64,000 bases of DNA from assembly GCA_965603825.1 (NCBI GenBank), contig CBFDEM010000057.1:124001-188000 (forward strand), in the 5' to 3' direction. Positions 1-11,317 of this stretch are shown in pieces (the stretch's first letter is position 1; each line of letters starts with the position of its first letter). This DNA is from Blepharisma stoltei ATCC 30299 (Eukaryota; Protista; Ciliophora). Position numbers and translations under genes: made by a program. The notes beneath the pieces are model-generated. The model saw nothing but the letters and a program-made list of their open reading frames with translations, did not search any database and was not told the DNA's origin.

Positions 1-1206
1 CATCTCTAAATAAGGCACTGACGATTTTTCCATCAAAAAACTGAATAGCCTTTTATTTTGAGGGTCACTAGCTGACGTCATACATCTATAAATTTCATTA
101 AGCATAGCTCCTCCTTTTAGGTTTTCAGCCTCATTTACAAATTTAGTCAAACTTTCCATAGTCCTCAAGCACGGCTGCAAATAAAACCACAGTTTCTGGA
201 TCGTCATGTCCCCTTTTATATATTCTGCATCAATTTGAGTGATTTTTAAGCTGTATTCTTTTAATAATGAAGAAATTGCTTCGCAGAGGGCGTGGCTTAC
301 TAAGCCAAAGGCATAATTTGAGTGGATATTTAAAAAAGTAGAGACTTGGTCATGGTATGCACAGAGGGGAAGGATTTTGCTGATAAGATATAAAAGAGAC
401 TCATCACAGGTTGGCTTATCTAAATAAGGCTCCACTGCAAATGTGAAGACTTTAGAATCATCATTTTCTTCTTGCTTCCTTTTTATATAGGTCCCTTCAA
501 TACTATGCAAAGAAAATAAAAGATCTTCAAGAAGAAGCTGCTCTTGGCCAGCAATAGGGAAATTCTCAAGGTTTTTGCCTTCTTCAGGGAATGTTCTTCT
601 TCTAAAGGACAAGCCTTTACTAGAAACTTCAGTATATGGACTTCTATTCAGGACTAAATCATTATGGTTTAAATTAGGCCTCGTATATACCCAGTCAGGA
701 ATAAAAGGCACATTTGCCCTCATAATTTTCCACGTGCTTTCTTGGCATGATCCTTGGCCATTTGCAGAAACCACCCCAGATGCGTCCACAATGAGCTCGC
801 CAAAAGGAGTTTTCAATACAATATCATCATAACAAGTCACAGGTCTTTTAATGCCTGGGTTATTTGCACTGAAAATGGTCCATTTCACAAGTTTATTGTT
901 GGCGGCTGACTCACTTTTTTCGATTTTTACCTCACGGTTAGCGTTGAAGGAGAGGTAGCCGCCATTTGGGGTTGTGAGAGATATGGCTGAGCCGAAAGTG
1001 ACTAGGCCTTTGTAGTCTTTGTTTTGAGAATTAATTATGATAAATTGTTGGGAAGATTCTGAATCAGAGTATGAAATTAAAGGGTGTAGACCTGTGGCTG
1101 TGACTAGGCCGTCAGCGTTGTTGGATTTGAGAAACTTGTGCTCTTTGACGTTTCTTAAGGTGACTGAGCTGGAAAATAGGATTTGAGTTGCGTCTGCTAA
1201 TTGCAT
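1..1206 (-). CDS. TUBGCP2: Gamma-tubulin complex component 2 (Spc97/GCP2), 3' part runs off window; extra N-terminal beta-trefoil-like region
   Basis: Open frame from ATG at 1206 to the window edge. GCP2 grip1-like motifs QEQLLLEDLLFSLHSIEGTYI, IQKLWFYLQP, KGGAMLNEI, SVPYLEM. Confidence 0.8.
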   Translation of the reverse strand, partial: MQLADATQILFSSSVTLRNVKEHKFLKSNNADGLVTATGLHPLISYSDSESSQQFIIINSQNKDYKGLVTFGSAISLTTPNGGYLSFNANREVKIEKSESAANNKLVKWTIFSANNPGIKRPVTCYDDIVLKTPFGELIVDASGVVSANGQGSCQESTWKIMRANVPFIPDWVYTRPNLNHNDLVLNRSPYTEVSSKGLSFRRRTFPEEGKNLENFPIAGQEQLLLEDLLFSLHSIEGTYIKRKQEENDDSKVFTFAVEPYLDKPTCDESLLYLISKILPLCAYHDQVSTFLNIHSNYAFGLVSHALCEAISSLLKEYSLKITQIDAEYIKGDMTIQKLWFYLQPCLRTMESLTKFVNEAENLKGGAMLNEIYRCMTSASDPQNKRLFSFLMEKSSVPYLEM

Positions 1207-1465
1207 TCAATGTGATATCTTTATAAATGTGTTTTAATAGAAGAAGGTGAGAGATGATAAGAATAGATAAATGCTAAAATAATTGCATTCAGCTGCTTTA
1301 AATCATATAGGAGCTAGTTTTATGATTATTTAGTTAATTTGGAATATATATCAGTTCTTGTTATCTGATATATTCTCGACTCATAAATATCTCAAAGGAA
1401 TAACCCATAAAATAAAAATTTATGCTTTAATTTAACAACATCAGTTAAAATATATGTGTTTTCTT

Positions 1466-1909
1466 TTAATCTCCAGATGCGCATCCTCTGCATCCACAAT
1501 GTCTACACTCAAATTTTCTTTCTTCATCCATTCTATCCTTCGGAACTCTGCAAACACAAGTGCTTCCCATTAATTGATTTGATTTCTGTATACACATCAA
1601 GCAGCACAATTTTTCATATCCCGGCTTCTTTCACTTAGCTATCAATACAGGATCTACGAATTTTTCTCTTATACAAAATTCATACAATTCCTTTGAAATT
1701 TCGCCTTTTTTATAGTACAAATCATAAATATACCTTGATCTCTGATGGTTTATTTGGTGGATTGGCCATAACATTTCTACTTTTCTGCGGGATTCGGTAG
1801 GTGCGACTTCAACTTCTCTCATCTGTCTTGTAAATTCGCTCATCATGGGTTCTATTAGATCCCAGCCTTCTGGAGGCTTTTTGGTTCTAAGAGTTCTTAT
1901 CTTAGGCAT
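1466..1909 (-). CDS. BUD31: Splicing factor BUD31/G10 (147 aa, one UGA=Trp)
   Basis: MPKIRT..PPEGWDLIEP; IAK[UGA=W]KKPGYEKLCCLMC...CVCRVP...CRHCGCRGCASGD-TAA gives the canonical G10 C-terminus. Confidence 0.97.
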
Positions 1910-1975
1910 TTTATTATTAAAATTGTTCGAGTAATCATTAGCGTAATATGGATCAATAATTTAACAGGTTATTGA

Positions 1976-2395
1976 TTATCTTAAAAGTAAATGATGCACC
2001 TGAAGCTTAGTAGATTCTTGGTACATTCTTCTTTCCAGACTAATACCTGGCAGGCTGGAAGCAGATTTTTCGTCTTCCAGCTTAAAAACTGGGTTGCTTT
2101 TTCCGTCTTTATTTTTTAGGCTAGCATGAGCGCGGCTTTTGTGGTAACTTAGTTGAGATGACTGACGATAAACTTTACCACATCCAGGAACTTTGCATTC
2201 AAAAGGTTTCACCCCTGTGTGGGTGAATAAATGCTCAGTTAGATTCTGCTTGCTAACTAATTTTTTCCCACACAGGCTACACTCGAAACGTTTGATGCCA
2301 AGATGAAGGGCATTTATATGCCTCTTCAAATTGTATTTGCTATTAAACGATTTATCACACCAGGTGTAATAACACTTATATGTTGCTTCTTCCAT
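1976..2395 (-). CDS. C2H2 zinc-finger protein (3 fingers)
   Basis: CYYTWC..HINALH, CSLC..HLFTH, TGVKPF linker, CKVPGC..HKSRAH. First ATG at 2395. Confidence 0.9.
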   Translation of the reverse strand: MEEATYKCYYTWCDKSFNSKYNLKRHINALHLGIKRFECSLCGKKLVSKQNLTEHLFTHTGVKPFECKVPGCGKVYRQSSQLSYHKSRAHASLKNKDGKSNPVFKLEDEKSASSLPGISLERRMYQESTKLQVHHLLLR

Positions 2396-3229
2396 GATAA
2401 ATTTGTGGGCAATAATTTTCGATTTATGAAATAATTTTGGTCGTATTGAAAATATAATTATGTTTAGGGTTTGAAGATAAAAATCATCCAAATTATCCAC
2501 AAAATGCTAGCTAAAATAAGGGAAAATAAAAATAAGCTGTTAGATTAATTATCAATTATATTAGAAAAAATAGCAGTTAAAATTTTATTTTCTCGTATAA
2601 GTGGATTGAATTTATTTTTAAATTGAAATCATCGATTAAGATATTTTTTATTTAAAATTATATCAAGCTCAATATAGTTCAGTAATAGTCAAGCAAAAAA
2701 TGGTGATAATTATATAAAGAAATGATAATAAACAAAATATTTGTAAAAAATGGATTATTTGCTTTTTATGCATGCAATCTAGCTTTATATAATAAACTTA
2801 ATTTTGTTGTATTTTTCCTTATTAAAATTAACAAAAATAAAAATATAGGATTTTTTGGAAAATCTATTCAAAATTAGTTCAAGGCTCTGAAAACGAGAGT
2901 AAAAGACTGAATTAGGTTTAATTTAATTTCTGTAAATAAAAAACCAAAATAGAAGTTTATATTAATTTTGGGAAAAGATTTTTTTGGAATATTGATAAAT
3001 ATTAAAACAAAAAATTTATAAACAATTATGCAAAAATAAATGAGCTCCTCCTTCATATTAAATAAGTGAAATTGCTTAACCAATATAAATAGCAAAATTA
3101 TTTATTCAATATATAACCCAAAAAAGCAAGCACATCAAATATTGAAAATGCATAAGTTTTAAATCTTTCCTTCAAAATTTTCTTCCAATTTACAAAATTA
3201 AAATCTAATAATTTATATAAAAAATATCA

Positions 3230-3856
3230 ATGAAGCTGAATTTCTCAAACAAAAAAGCAGGATGGTACTACTCAATGGGATTTTTTTGCTTCACATTTGG
3301 GATGACCTATCTAATGCCTTTATGGTACAAAACATTTTGTGAAAAAACTGGCTACACAGGCTTAGGTCTTAAAAGAAAAGATTTTGACTACGGAAAAATT
3401 CATGATCCCAAGAAGATTCATAGGAAGTTCAAAATTATTTTCCAAGGCAGCAGCGAGCCCGAATTAGGGTGAAGTTTCTTTCCTCTTCAAGATACAGTAG
3501 AAGTTAATGCAGGAGAAACAGTCCTTGCATTTTACAGAGCGTACAATGATAGCCCAAACCCTATTATTGGCATCTCAGCTTATGTGGTTCAGCCAGATGA
3601 AGCAGTCCAGTATTTTAACAAAATCCAATGCTTTTGTTTTGATGAGCAGATGCTTAACCCTAAAGAGCAGGTCGATATGCCCCTTTTCTTTTATTTAGAC
3701 CCAAAAATATGTGATGAGCCTCTAATGTTTGGCCAGGACGAAGTAAGACTTATGTACACATTCTATAAAGCCCAAGACCAAACTTTAGCAAATCTATTAA
3801 GAGATCACCCTAATTCACCTCTTAATAGACCTCCAGCGGCCAATCCAGCTATTTAA
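3230..3856 (+). CDS. COX11: Cytochrome c oxidase assembly protein COX11 (one UGA=Trp)
   Basis: PLWYKTFCEKTGY, LG[W]SFFPLQ..V.AGETVLAFYRA, YFNKIQCFCFDEQ copper-binding CFCF motif. The two track ORFs are in one frame. Confidence 0.96.
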
Positions 3857-3938
3857 TTTCTTAGTTTAGAATAAAACCATTTAAAAATTCATCTGTTAAC
3901 TTTTCATAGGCGGGGACATTTTCTGTTAGATATTTGAA

Positions 3939-5189
3939 ATGTCAAGCCAAGTGAATAATCAAGGAGGAAAGCAGCTGAGCAGAGCCAGTTCAGGGAAAAT
4001 CATAAAGAAATTAACAATCAGCACAAATGACGAAAAATCAAGCGACTTAGAGAATTTTATAGCTCTTGGCAAGAACTCCCCTCATGCTGTTAATCTTGGA
4101 AAAAGCAATGCTTTGGGAAGTCCAAGCAATGCTGCAAACTTAGTTTTTTCCTTTTCAAATCCATCTCAAAGCCAAATTGATATCAATAGTAAAATAAAAT
4201 CGCCTTCTCGGTATGTTTTTTCGACGCACAGCCATAGTAAGATTTTTGCCACTGGAACACCTAAAGCACATAGCTCCTCTAAGCAAAATTCTCATCAGAA
4301 AATCCTTACCCCGAGAGCAGCTAGTTCTTCAAGTTTTAACACTACCAAAAAAGAGCCAATGCAAGAAAAGAGTGTTAACTCTTTCCAAACACCAAAAAAG
4401 CCCAGCACAAATGAGTGCACTGTAAACAGCGTAGTCACACGAGTCCAGCAAAATAAAGTCAACGACACCCCTTACAAAGAGCATCTATTCCAAACTTTTC
4501 AGTCATTAAAATTTATCAAAAACTTAAGGCCTCCAACAAATGAAGAACTGGCAAGCAAAATCGTGAATTTGCCAAAAAGAAGGGGCTATGAGTACAAAAA
4601 AACAGTAGTTTTTGACCTGGACGAAACCCTTGTGCATTGTGTTGAAGATGCAAATAATGCTCATGTGCCTATCAGTATTGATTTTCCAACTGGAGAAACC
4701 ATAACTGCAGGAATAAACATAAGACCATATGCTAAAGAAGTCCTTATGGCTGCAAACAAAGATTATGAAGTCATTGTGTTCACAGCTTCTCATAAATGCT
4801 ATGCTGATAGAGTTTTAGATTTTCTTGACCCAACAGGGGTGCTTATTCACCACAGACTATATAGAGAAAATTGTTTATTTATTGATGGAGTCTATATAAA
4901 AGACTTGAGAATTCTTGCCAATAGGCAAATTAAAGACATTGTTATCGTGGATAATGCTGCTTATAGTTTTGCTTATCAATTGGATAATGGGATACCGATT
5001 ATTTCTTGGCATGACGACATGACGGATAGAGAGCTGTATAAACTTATTGAGTATCTGAAATCTTTATCAAGAATACATGATATTAGAATAGCTAATAGAC
5101 AGACTTTCCATTTGGATTCGTTCTATACAGACTATATTAGAGACTTTATGAGGCAGACAGATAAAGAAAACATGCCACCCTCTGAATAA
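3939..5189 (+). CDS. CTD small phosphatase-like protein (FCP1/SCP NIF domain)
   Basis: VVFDLDETLVH, IRPY, VFTAS..YAD, LYRENC, YIKDL, IVDN motifs after a low-complexity N-terminus. Confidence 0.93.
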   Translation: MSSQVNNQGGKQLSRASSGKIIKKLTISTNDEKSSDLENFIALGKNSPHAVNLGKSNALGSPSNAANLVFSFSNPSQSQIDINSKIKSPSRYVFSTHSHSKIFATGTPKAHSSSKQNSHQKILTPRAASSSSFNTTKKEPMQEKSVNSFQTPKKPSTNECTVNSVVTRVQQNKVNDTPYKEHLFQTFQSLKFIKNLRPPTNEELASKIVNLPKRRGYEYKKTVVFDLDETLVHCVEDANNAHVPISIDFPTGETITAGINIRPYAKEVLMAANKDYEVIVFTASHKCYADRVLDFLDPTGVLIHHRLYRENCLFIDGVYIKDLRILANRQIKDIVIVDNAAYSFAYQLDNGIPIISWHDDMTDRELYKLIEYLKSLSRIHDIRIANRQTFHLDSFYTDYIRDFMRQTDKENMPPSE

Positions 5190-5545
5190 ATTTAAATAAG
5201 AAGTAAATTCTTTTCCATGTACAAGATTTTTATTAAAATATATTAATAGTATAATTTAGAAATATAATAATTAAATGATAATAAAAAGTTATTTTAATTA
5301 TTTATAAGAAAATTATTATTATCTAAATAAGTAGGCTTAAATCAAAATGCAATAAGAAATTAATTTAATCAAATAATGAAATAAATTAAATGATAAGCTA
5401 GATTATGTGATAATGATATAATCAATCCACATGTAGACTTTTATAAAAACTTCAATACTTATGGCCAAATGCCAGTTAATTATAATATTCTCCCAAAAGT
5501 TAGAGAAAAATGAAGCATCAAATAATAATTAAATTGATAACTTAT

Positions 5546-6424
5546 ATGACTTTTAAAGCCTCTTTTGGAGAATCGCCTCACGAAAATATTTTTAAAGTCT
5601 CTGTCCAAACAGACTCCACAAGTTGCGATACTTATAACAACACTTATTTACCAGAATTCTCACAGCACCGATCCTCGAACTCTCTCTCCAAAGATCTTTC
5701 CGATTCCCAGCTAAACAATTCTCAAATACGCCCTGGCTCAGACACTTTAAATATAAAAAACAAAAAGTGCATTATCTGCAACAAAGGCATCGGGTTACGA
5801 AAAAGTAACTACACCTGTAAAGTCTGTCACAATTATGCATGCTCTGATCACTCCTTTAAAAAACTTCTCAATTCCTCCTCAAGCAAGCCTCAAAGAATTT
5901 GCCAAAATTGTGATTCAAAAGAAACAGAAGAAGCTGTAAAGCTTCATACCAAAAGCTTTACAGATGAAGCTGTCAGGATGGACAATGAGCTGCAGAACGC
6001 AAAAAATTATTATATAGATATAAATAAAGACAGAAAAGAGAAAAAGTTGCTGATAAAAAAACTAGAAATAGAAAGAGAAGGACTTGAGAGAATTCATATT
6101 CAAAAGAAAACTAGGCTGCATGAGCAGCTAGAGAAAGAAGTCCAAGAAGGACTGAAATTAAAAGAATCTGTTGAAAGCTTAGAAAAAGACCGGATTGATA
6201 GAGAAAACGATTATTTAGGGCTAAAAGAAAAATGTGAAGAAAAACAACAGTATATTCGTGCTATGCAAGAAAAATTGGAAATATTAAATAAAAGAAAAGA
6301 GCTAGTATTGATTCAAACCAAAACAATTGATAAAAAGATTGAAAAAGATGAAGAAATGCGAAAGAAACTTGAGAAACTGTGTAAGAAATGCTATAGTAGA
6401 ACAAGAAGCTTTAGAAATATCTAA
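5546..6424 (+). CDS. FYVE-like zinc finger plus coiled-coil protein
   Basis: CIIC...CKVC..ACSDHS...RICQNC, then an E/K heptad region. Lacks the RHHCR PI3P motif. Start could be 5510. Confidence 0.7.
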   Translation: MTFKASFGESPHENIFKVSVQTDSTSCDTYNNTYLPEFSQHRSSNSLSKDLSDSQLNNSQIRPGSDTLNIKNKKCIICNKGIGLRKSNYTCKVCHNYACSDHSFKKLLNSSSSKPQRICQNCDSKETEEAVKLHTKSFTDEAVRMDNELQNAKNYYIDINKDRKEKKLLIKKLEIEREGLERIHIQKKTRLHEQLEKEVQEGLKLKESVESLEKDRIDRENDYLGLKEKCEEKQQYIRAMQEKLEILNKRKELVLIQTKTIDKKIEKDEEMRKKLEKLCKKCYSRTRSFRNI

Positions 6425-6539
6425 AGATATCAAGTATAAAATATATTTGTTTTTTTATAATCCAAATAAAATTAAAATTATTTTTGACAGTTTATTTAAC
6501 ATTCGAAAAAATTCCAACATTTTATAAATTACTAATCAA

Positions 6540-7307
6540 ATGAGCAAACCTTTTCAAGCATTTTCCTTTAAGCCTAATAACTTATATCAACAAAACAGGC
6601 TATTACCCCCAACCTCATGCAGAACCCCAAGCACATGCTCACGATCTGAAAAGAATAGCAGCAAAGACAAGGGTTTAAAAGACTATGGTGAAGTAATTTT
6701 GCAAGCAAAATCATTTATAAACTTGGTATCTCATAGGCAAAAACTTCGAGATTTGCTTAAGAAAACTAAGAGAGACTCGAAATCTCCAAGTTTATTTTTA
6801 TTAAAGCCAAGTTCAGATATGAACGAATTCCCAGAAATTAAGAAGAGCAAAAGGAGCACAAAATCAATAAGTGTTTTAGCAAAAAATAAATGTAAATTGG
6901 TATATGAAAATAAAAGGAGCTCAGAAGAATACCAGAAAGGCGGGATTTCGTGAATTCACTATAAGCCAATTGTTATAAATGAAAGCCCAGCATTTAGAGC
7001 AAAAAGTTGCAATAATGAATCCCCAAAGAAAGAGGAAAAAATAAGAAACCTGATTTTATCTGAAGAAAATTCTACAAAAAATTCCTATATATTATCTAAA
7101 GTAAAAGCAATATCAGGAAATGAAAATAAAAAGCTAATCTCAAAAAATAAACGGCACAGAGAAAGAGTAAAAACAGAAGTTTCAGAGAATAATGATGCAG
7201 AAGAAAATGAATATATAAAATCTTTGCTGATTCCCACTTATTCCAAATATGAATGTGAGCCCGCTGAAGATGACAGCCCTACCTTGGAATTTCAGCCCAG
7301 GTATTAA
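6540..7307 (+). CDS. Hypothetical basic low-complexity protein (255 aa, one UGA=Trp)
   Basis: Frame stays open through TGA 6951 to TAA 7305-7307. Confidence 0.7.
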
Positions 7308-7360
7308 TTGTAAATATGTATTTTTCCATTATTACAATTAAATAATATTTTAAGAAATAT

Positions 7361-8377
7361 TTACATATTAAAAAGGAAAGTTATTGTCGTGATTTCTTCA
7401 AAAATCCTCTTGGCTTCTTCGAATTTTGCTCTCTGTATTGATGAGCCAACAGATTTAATTTTATTTTGCCATCTTTGCAAAACCCCTTCTTCTGATAAAA
7501 ATATATTTCTGTTAACTCCAGGCGCAAAAAAGAAGATTACACTCGCGTCATCTAAAATCTGTGTATTTTCTTCAATAATTTCAATAATATTTTCTTTATG
7601 CTTTTGCTCGTTTGCTCTTCTTATTTGAGAGCCTATTGATTTTATTCCTCCTTTAGTCTTATCAGCAGTGCTTTGCCTTTGTCCTTGTTTTCCTCTTACC
7701 ACATATTTTTTATCAGATTTATGGAAGGTGCATTTTCCATTTTCATCAAAATTTGCAATAGAAAATGACCCACCAAGGCAAAGAATTATTACAATATTTC
7801 CTTGATTCCTTAAGAATTTCAAAGAATTATCGTCAATTTTGAGCTCATGGCTGAGCTCATTATTTTTAATTTTTTGTAAGATATCTTGTTGCCGTTTTAA
7901 GAGAGCATTTTTGTCTGTGAAATCAATTGCATTAAATTCATCTGAAGATGAAAGCCAAGTTATAGGGTTTATTTCTTTGCCTTCTTCGTTAGATATTAAA
8001 GGATTTGCAATAGAAATTTCATCGTTGAAGTCATTTGTGAAGGTTTTCGTTCCACTGGTGGCATCAGAACTGTTAAAGGTGTAGTGGATTGAAAATAATT
8101 CTTTTGGAAAATTATAAATTTGCTGAGAAACTACGAGGAAATCTTTATTGTTTTTGTGAATAGTGGTTAATCGTGCTTTTTTCTTGTTGTTGAATTGGAG
8201 AGCTCGAAGAAAAGTGCTTCTTAAGCTACTGTATTTGATTTTTTTATCGTATTCAGGAATTAAAGTGGCTTTTATGGAGGCATAAAGGTGTTTTGAACTT
8301 ATAGCCAAATTAAATCTTTCCTGTCGGTTTATATAAGATGCGATGCACTCTATGGACGAATCTTTTAAGCTGTGCAT
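7361..8377 (-). CDS. Vms1/ANKZF1-type VLRF1 domain protein with a possible N-terminal F-box
   Basis: GGSFSIA, HKSDKKYVVRGKQGQRQSTAD..KSIGSQIRRANE, IFFFAPG match the VLRF1 catalytic-loop pattern. ATG 8377. Confidence 0.85.
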   Translation of the reverse strand: MHSLKDSSIECIASYINRQERFNLAISSKHLYASIKATLIPEYDKKIKYSSLRSTFLRALQFNNKKKARLTTIHKNNKDFLVVSQQIYNFPKELFSIHYTFNSSDATSGTKTFTNDFNDEISIANPLISNEEGKEINPITWLSSSDEFNAIDFTDKNALLKRQQDILQKIKNNELSHELKIDDNSLKFLRNQGNIVIILCLGGSFSIANFDENGKCTFHKSDKKYVVRGKQGQRQSTADKTKGGIKSIGSQIRRANEQKHKENIIEIIEENTQILDDASVIFFFAPGVNRNIFLSEEGVLQRWQNKIKSVGSSIQRAKFEEAKRIFEEITTITFLFNM

Positions 8378-8605
8378 CAGATAAAAATGGTATATTAAAT
8401 TAATTTTGTTAATGGAATAATTTAACATCAATTAAAATTTAAAAATATATTATTGGAGTCAAAAAGAAATACCTTTATTTTAATTAGTGAGGATTGATTT
8501 AAAAAAATAACTGTTTAGACAAATTTGATATTATAAATATTACTACTATTGATAATTACCAAATAAATTGTAAAATGCATTAAAAAAATTGAAAAATTAA
8601 TCATA

Positions 8606-10222
8606 TTACTGAGAAGTCCAATCTGCTTTGCTTCTATTTCTTCTTCTTTGGCTCGCAAAAGCTTTCATGCTTTCAATAATCCACGGGTGCTCCAGTGCTT
8701 CTGCTGGTGTAATTCTATCTTCAGGATCCCAACTTAAGCATTCTAAATTAATCTTACTGTCAACTAAATCCACAAATTGATTATCACTACACCTCATTTT
8801 TTCAACTAAATTCTTAGTTGCTGGATATCTTACTCTTCCCTTACTATTCGATGCTATTTTCGGCTTATCATCGTTATCAAAAAACAAGCTTTTCCTCGTC
8901 GAAATTTCCAATATTTTTGCAGGCGGCAATCCTCTTATTTCCATAATACACAAAAGCTGCTCAGCTTCACTTTCCCCAGGAAAAAGCGGGTATCCAAGAA
9001 AAAGCTCTGCAAGTACGCATCCAAAAGACCACATATCAATAGCCGTCGTATATTCAATCCCCAAAATAATTTCTGGAGCTCTGTAAAATCTGCTTTGTAT
9101 ATAAGTATATATTTTTTCATCTTCAAAACAAGCTGAGCCAAAATCAATGACTTTAAGGCCTGATTTATCGCTTTGCTTTAAAAGGATATTTTCTGGCTTT
9201 AAGTCACAGTGGACTATTTTGTGATCATAGGTAAATTTTAAACAATAGAGAAGCTGCAAGGCAAATCTTCGGATAAGACTTAGGGAAAATCCTTGAAATG
9301 AATTAGATTTCATCAATTCATAAAGGTTTATGCTTAGGAGCTCAAAAGAAATGCAGAGGTGTTTTCGGAAAATAAAGTGGTCTTTTAGATGAATGGCGTT
9401 AGAAAAGCCATCTGGGTCGTGCTCTTTTATGTGTTCGAGCACCCTAACTTCAACAATAGCTTGTCTATGAAATCTCCGTTTGTTTCTTATAATTTTTATA
9501 GCGATGTAGTCTTGAAGTTTGTGATCAAAACATTTGCAGACTTGCCCAAAACTGCCTTTGCCGAGAATATCTTTGATTTCATATCTATATGCAATATGGT
9601 CTCCTATAGTCAATTTATAATCACCTCTTTCATCATCCATCCCATTATTGGGAGCATTCAAAGCTGATTTCAGTTTTTTGGCTCCTAGCCCTAGAAATCA
9701 AATTGATTTGCATTCCAAAATTTCTCCTTGTTCATATAGACTCATATTCGCTGAAAATAACTGAAGTGCTGTAGCAGCTGTGATTGGAAGGTCCAAATTT
9801 TCAAATATTTGTATAGGATCAGTGCAAGGAGACCTAGATTTGATATTAGGAGTTAGTTTATCTATTGCTGGCATTTCAATATCAAGGCAGTCAGAATTGG
9901 GTAACGAAACCCTTCTTTTGCTAAAATTTAATTTTTTATTGCTTTGAAGCGACGCATTATTTGAATTGGCTGTTGTATCAATTAGCATAGGAAGAATAAG
10001 CTCTTTTTTGGGCGAAAACATAGAAGAATTTTTCTTATGAGCATGATGTATAAATGTCTTGTTTATCCTTTTCGTGTTAGAACTCGGAAGGTCAAATGAT
10101 TTTTGCTGCTTTGCTCTACGGCTAGATAAAGTTAAGACGCTGAGGTTAAGAGTTTGGTTTTTGGGGCTTTGCACAATCAGTTTTAGCTTAGCTATTTTGC
10201 TCCTGGGAGAAGCTCCATTCAT
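8606..10222 (-). CDS. DYRK-family (DYRK2/4-like) kinase; UGA=Trp at 9698; probable 15-nt intron 8743-8757
   Basis: DH box DDERGDY, GKGSFGQV, HCDLKPEN, YTYIQSRFYRAPE. The N-terminal ORF joins in frame through KSI[W]FLG. Confidence 0.95.
8743..8757 (-). other. 15-nt spliceosomal intron (GTAAGATTAATTTAG)
   Basis: GT..AG with A10. Removal restores FVDLVDKCLSWDP of kinase subdomain XI. Confidence 0.75.
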
Positions 10223-10489
10223 TAAGAATATTTAATGTTTAATTAAGAATATTTTAACAAGTGTTTCGAAATTATAGTGGAGCGGTTAAATAGCTGTTAT
10301 GTTTATAGATAATTTAGACCTACCATATTAATTAACTTATTTGCCTTAAAACTTTATATTAAATATATAAATATAAATTTCGAAAGATTATTTCCAAATA
10401 AAAAAACCCTCAAAAATATATTCAAATTTCGCAGTAAATATTACAATATATCAATTTAAATATTTAGTCTATCATATACAGAATTTAAA

Positions 10490-11227
10490 TTATGAAAAGA
10501 ATACTATGTTAGTAACCAATATTAAAATGCTTTCTCCTGCTAAATAAATTCCTGCTACTATATATCTGATATTATTTTCTATTGAAACCTCCTTAATCAA
10601 ATGCATATAAAATGATCCAAAGCACCACAACGACGACAAAATAGTTGCGACTATTCTTCACCACAGTGCTCCATATAAACAAAGTAAAAGTCCTACACAA
10701 TGTCCAATTGACGAATATCCATAAATCGACAAAATATTTAGATAAGGCATCAATATCCCAGAGTAATTAAAAAAACAATAAATTGCTATAGGAATTACTG
10801 CCAAAATACCATAAACTGTAATGCAGCCCGTAAGTATATAAGTAATGTGATATCCTACTTTATGAGTTTCAAAATAGGTCTCTATATACCCAAAAGCACA
10901 GAGCAAAAATATCAAAGTAGCTGCAATTCATACAGATCCATATAAATCAGGAGATTTGTCGTCAAAGAACGGGGCAGTGTTGAAAGGAAGCAGCGATTTC
11001 TTTACTCGGTCTACTACAAGTGCTGTATCCACATCAAAAAAAGGCCTGTAATACCCTATTTCCCATAATTTATAATTTTTGGTGCTTGGGGTCTTGCTGC
11101 TGTATTTTAGGTATTCTTCGAAATCGTGGATTCTTTCTTGTTCTGCATCTTCATTTAAAGACTCTGCTGGCTTATCGTCGCTTATATCTAGCTCAAGAAG
11201 ATTGGCACTATATCCTTTGTTTTCCAT
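10490..11227 (-). CDS. Yip1-domain Golgi protein (YIPF1/2-like), two UGA=Trp
   Basis: YYRPFFDVDT..V..R, PDLYGSV[W]IAATLIF, SIYGYS; several TM segments; TAA at 10490. Confidence 0.9.
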
Positions 11228-11317
11228 AATTAAATCAACTTATAAATGTGTCAGATAATTTTCAAGCTTAATGAAAAAATATATAAAAATTATGTATAAG
11301 CAGAACTTTAATTAGAA

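Noticed and set aside
2874-3095. 73-aa hydrophobic ORF in intergenic DNA
   Set aside because: Very AT-rich F/I/K/N composition and no ATG; typical non-coding sequence.
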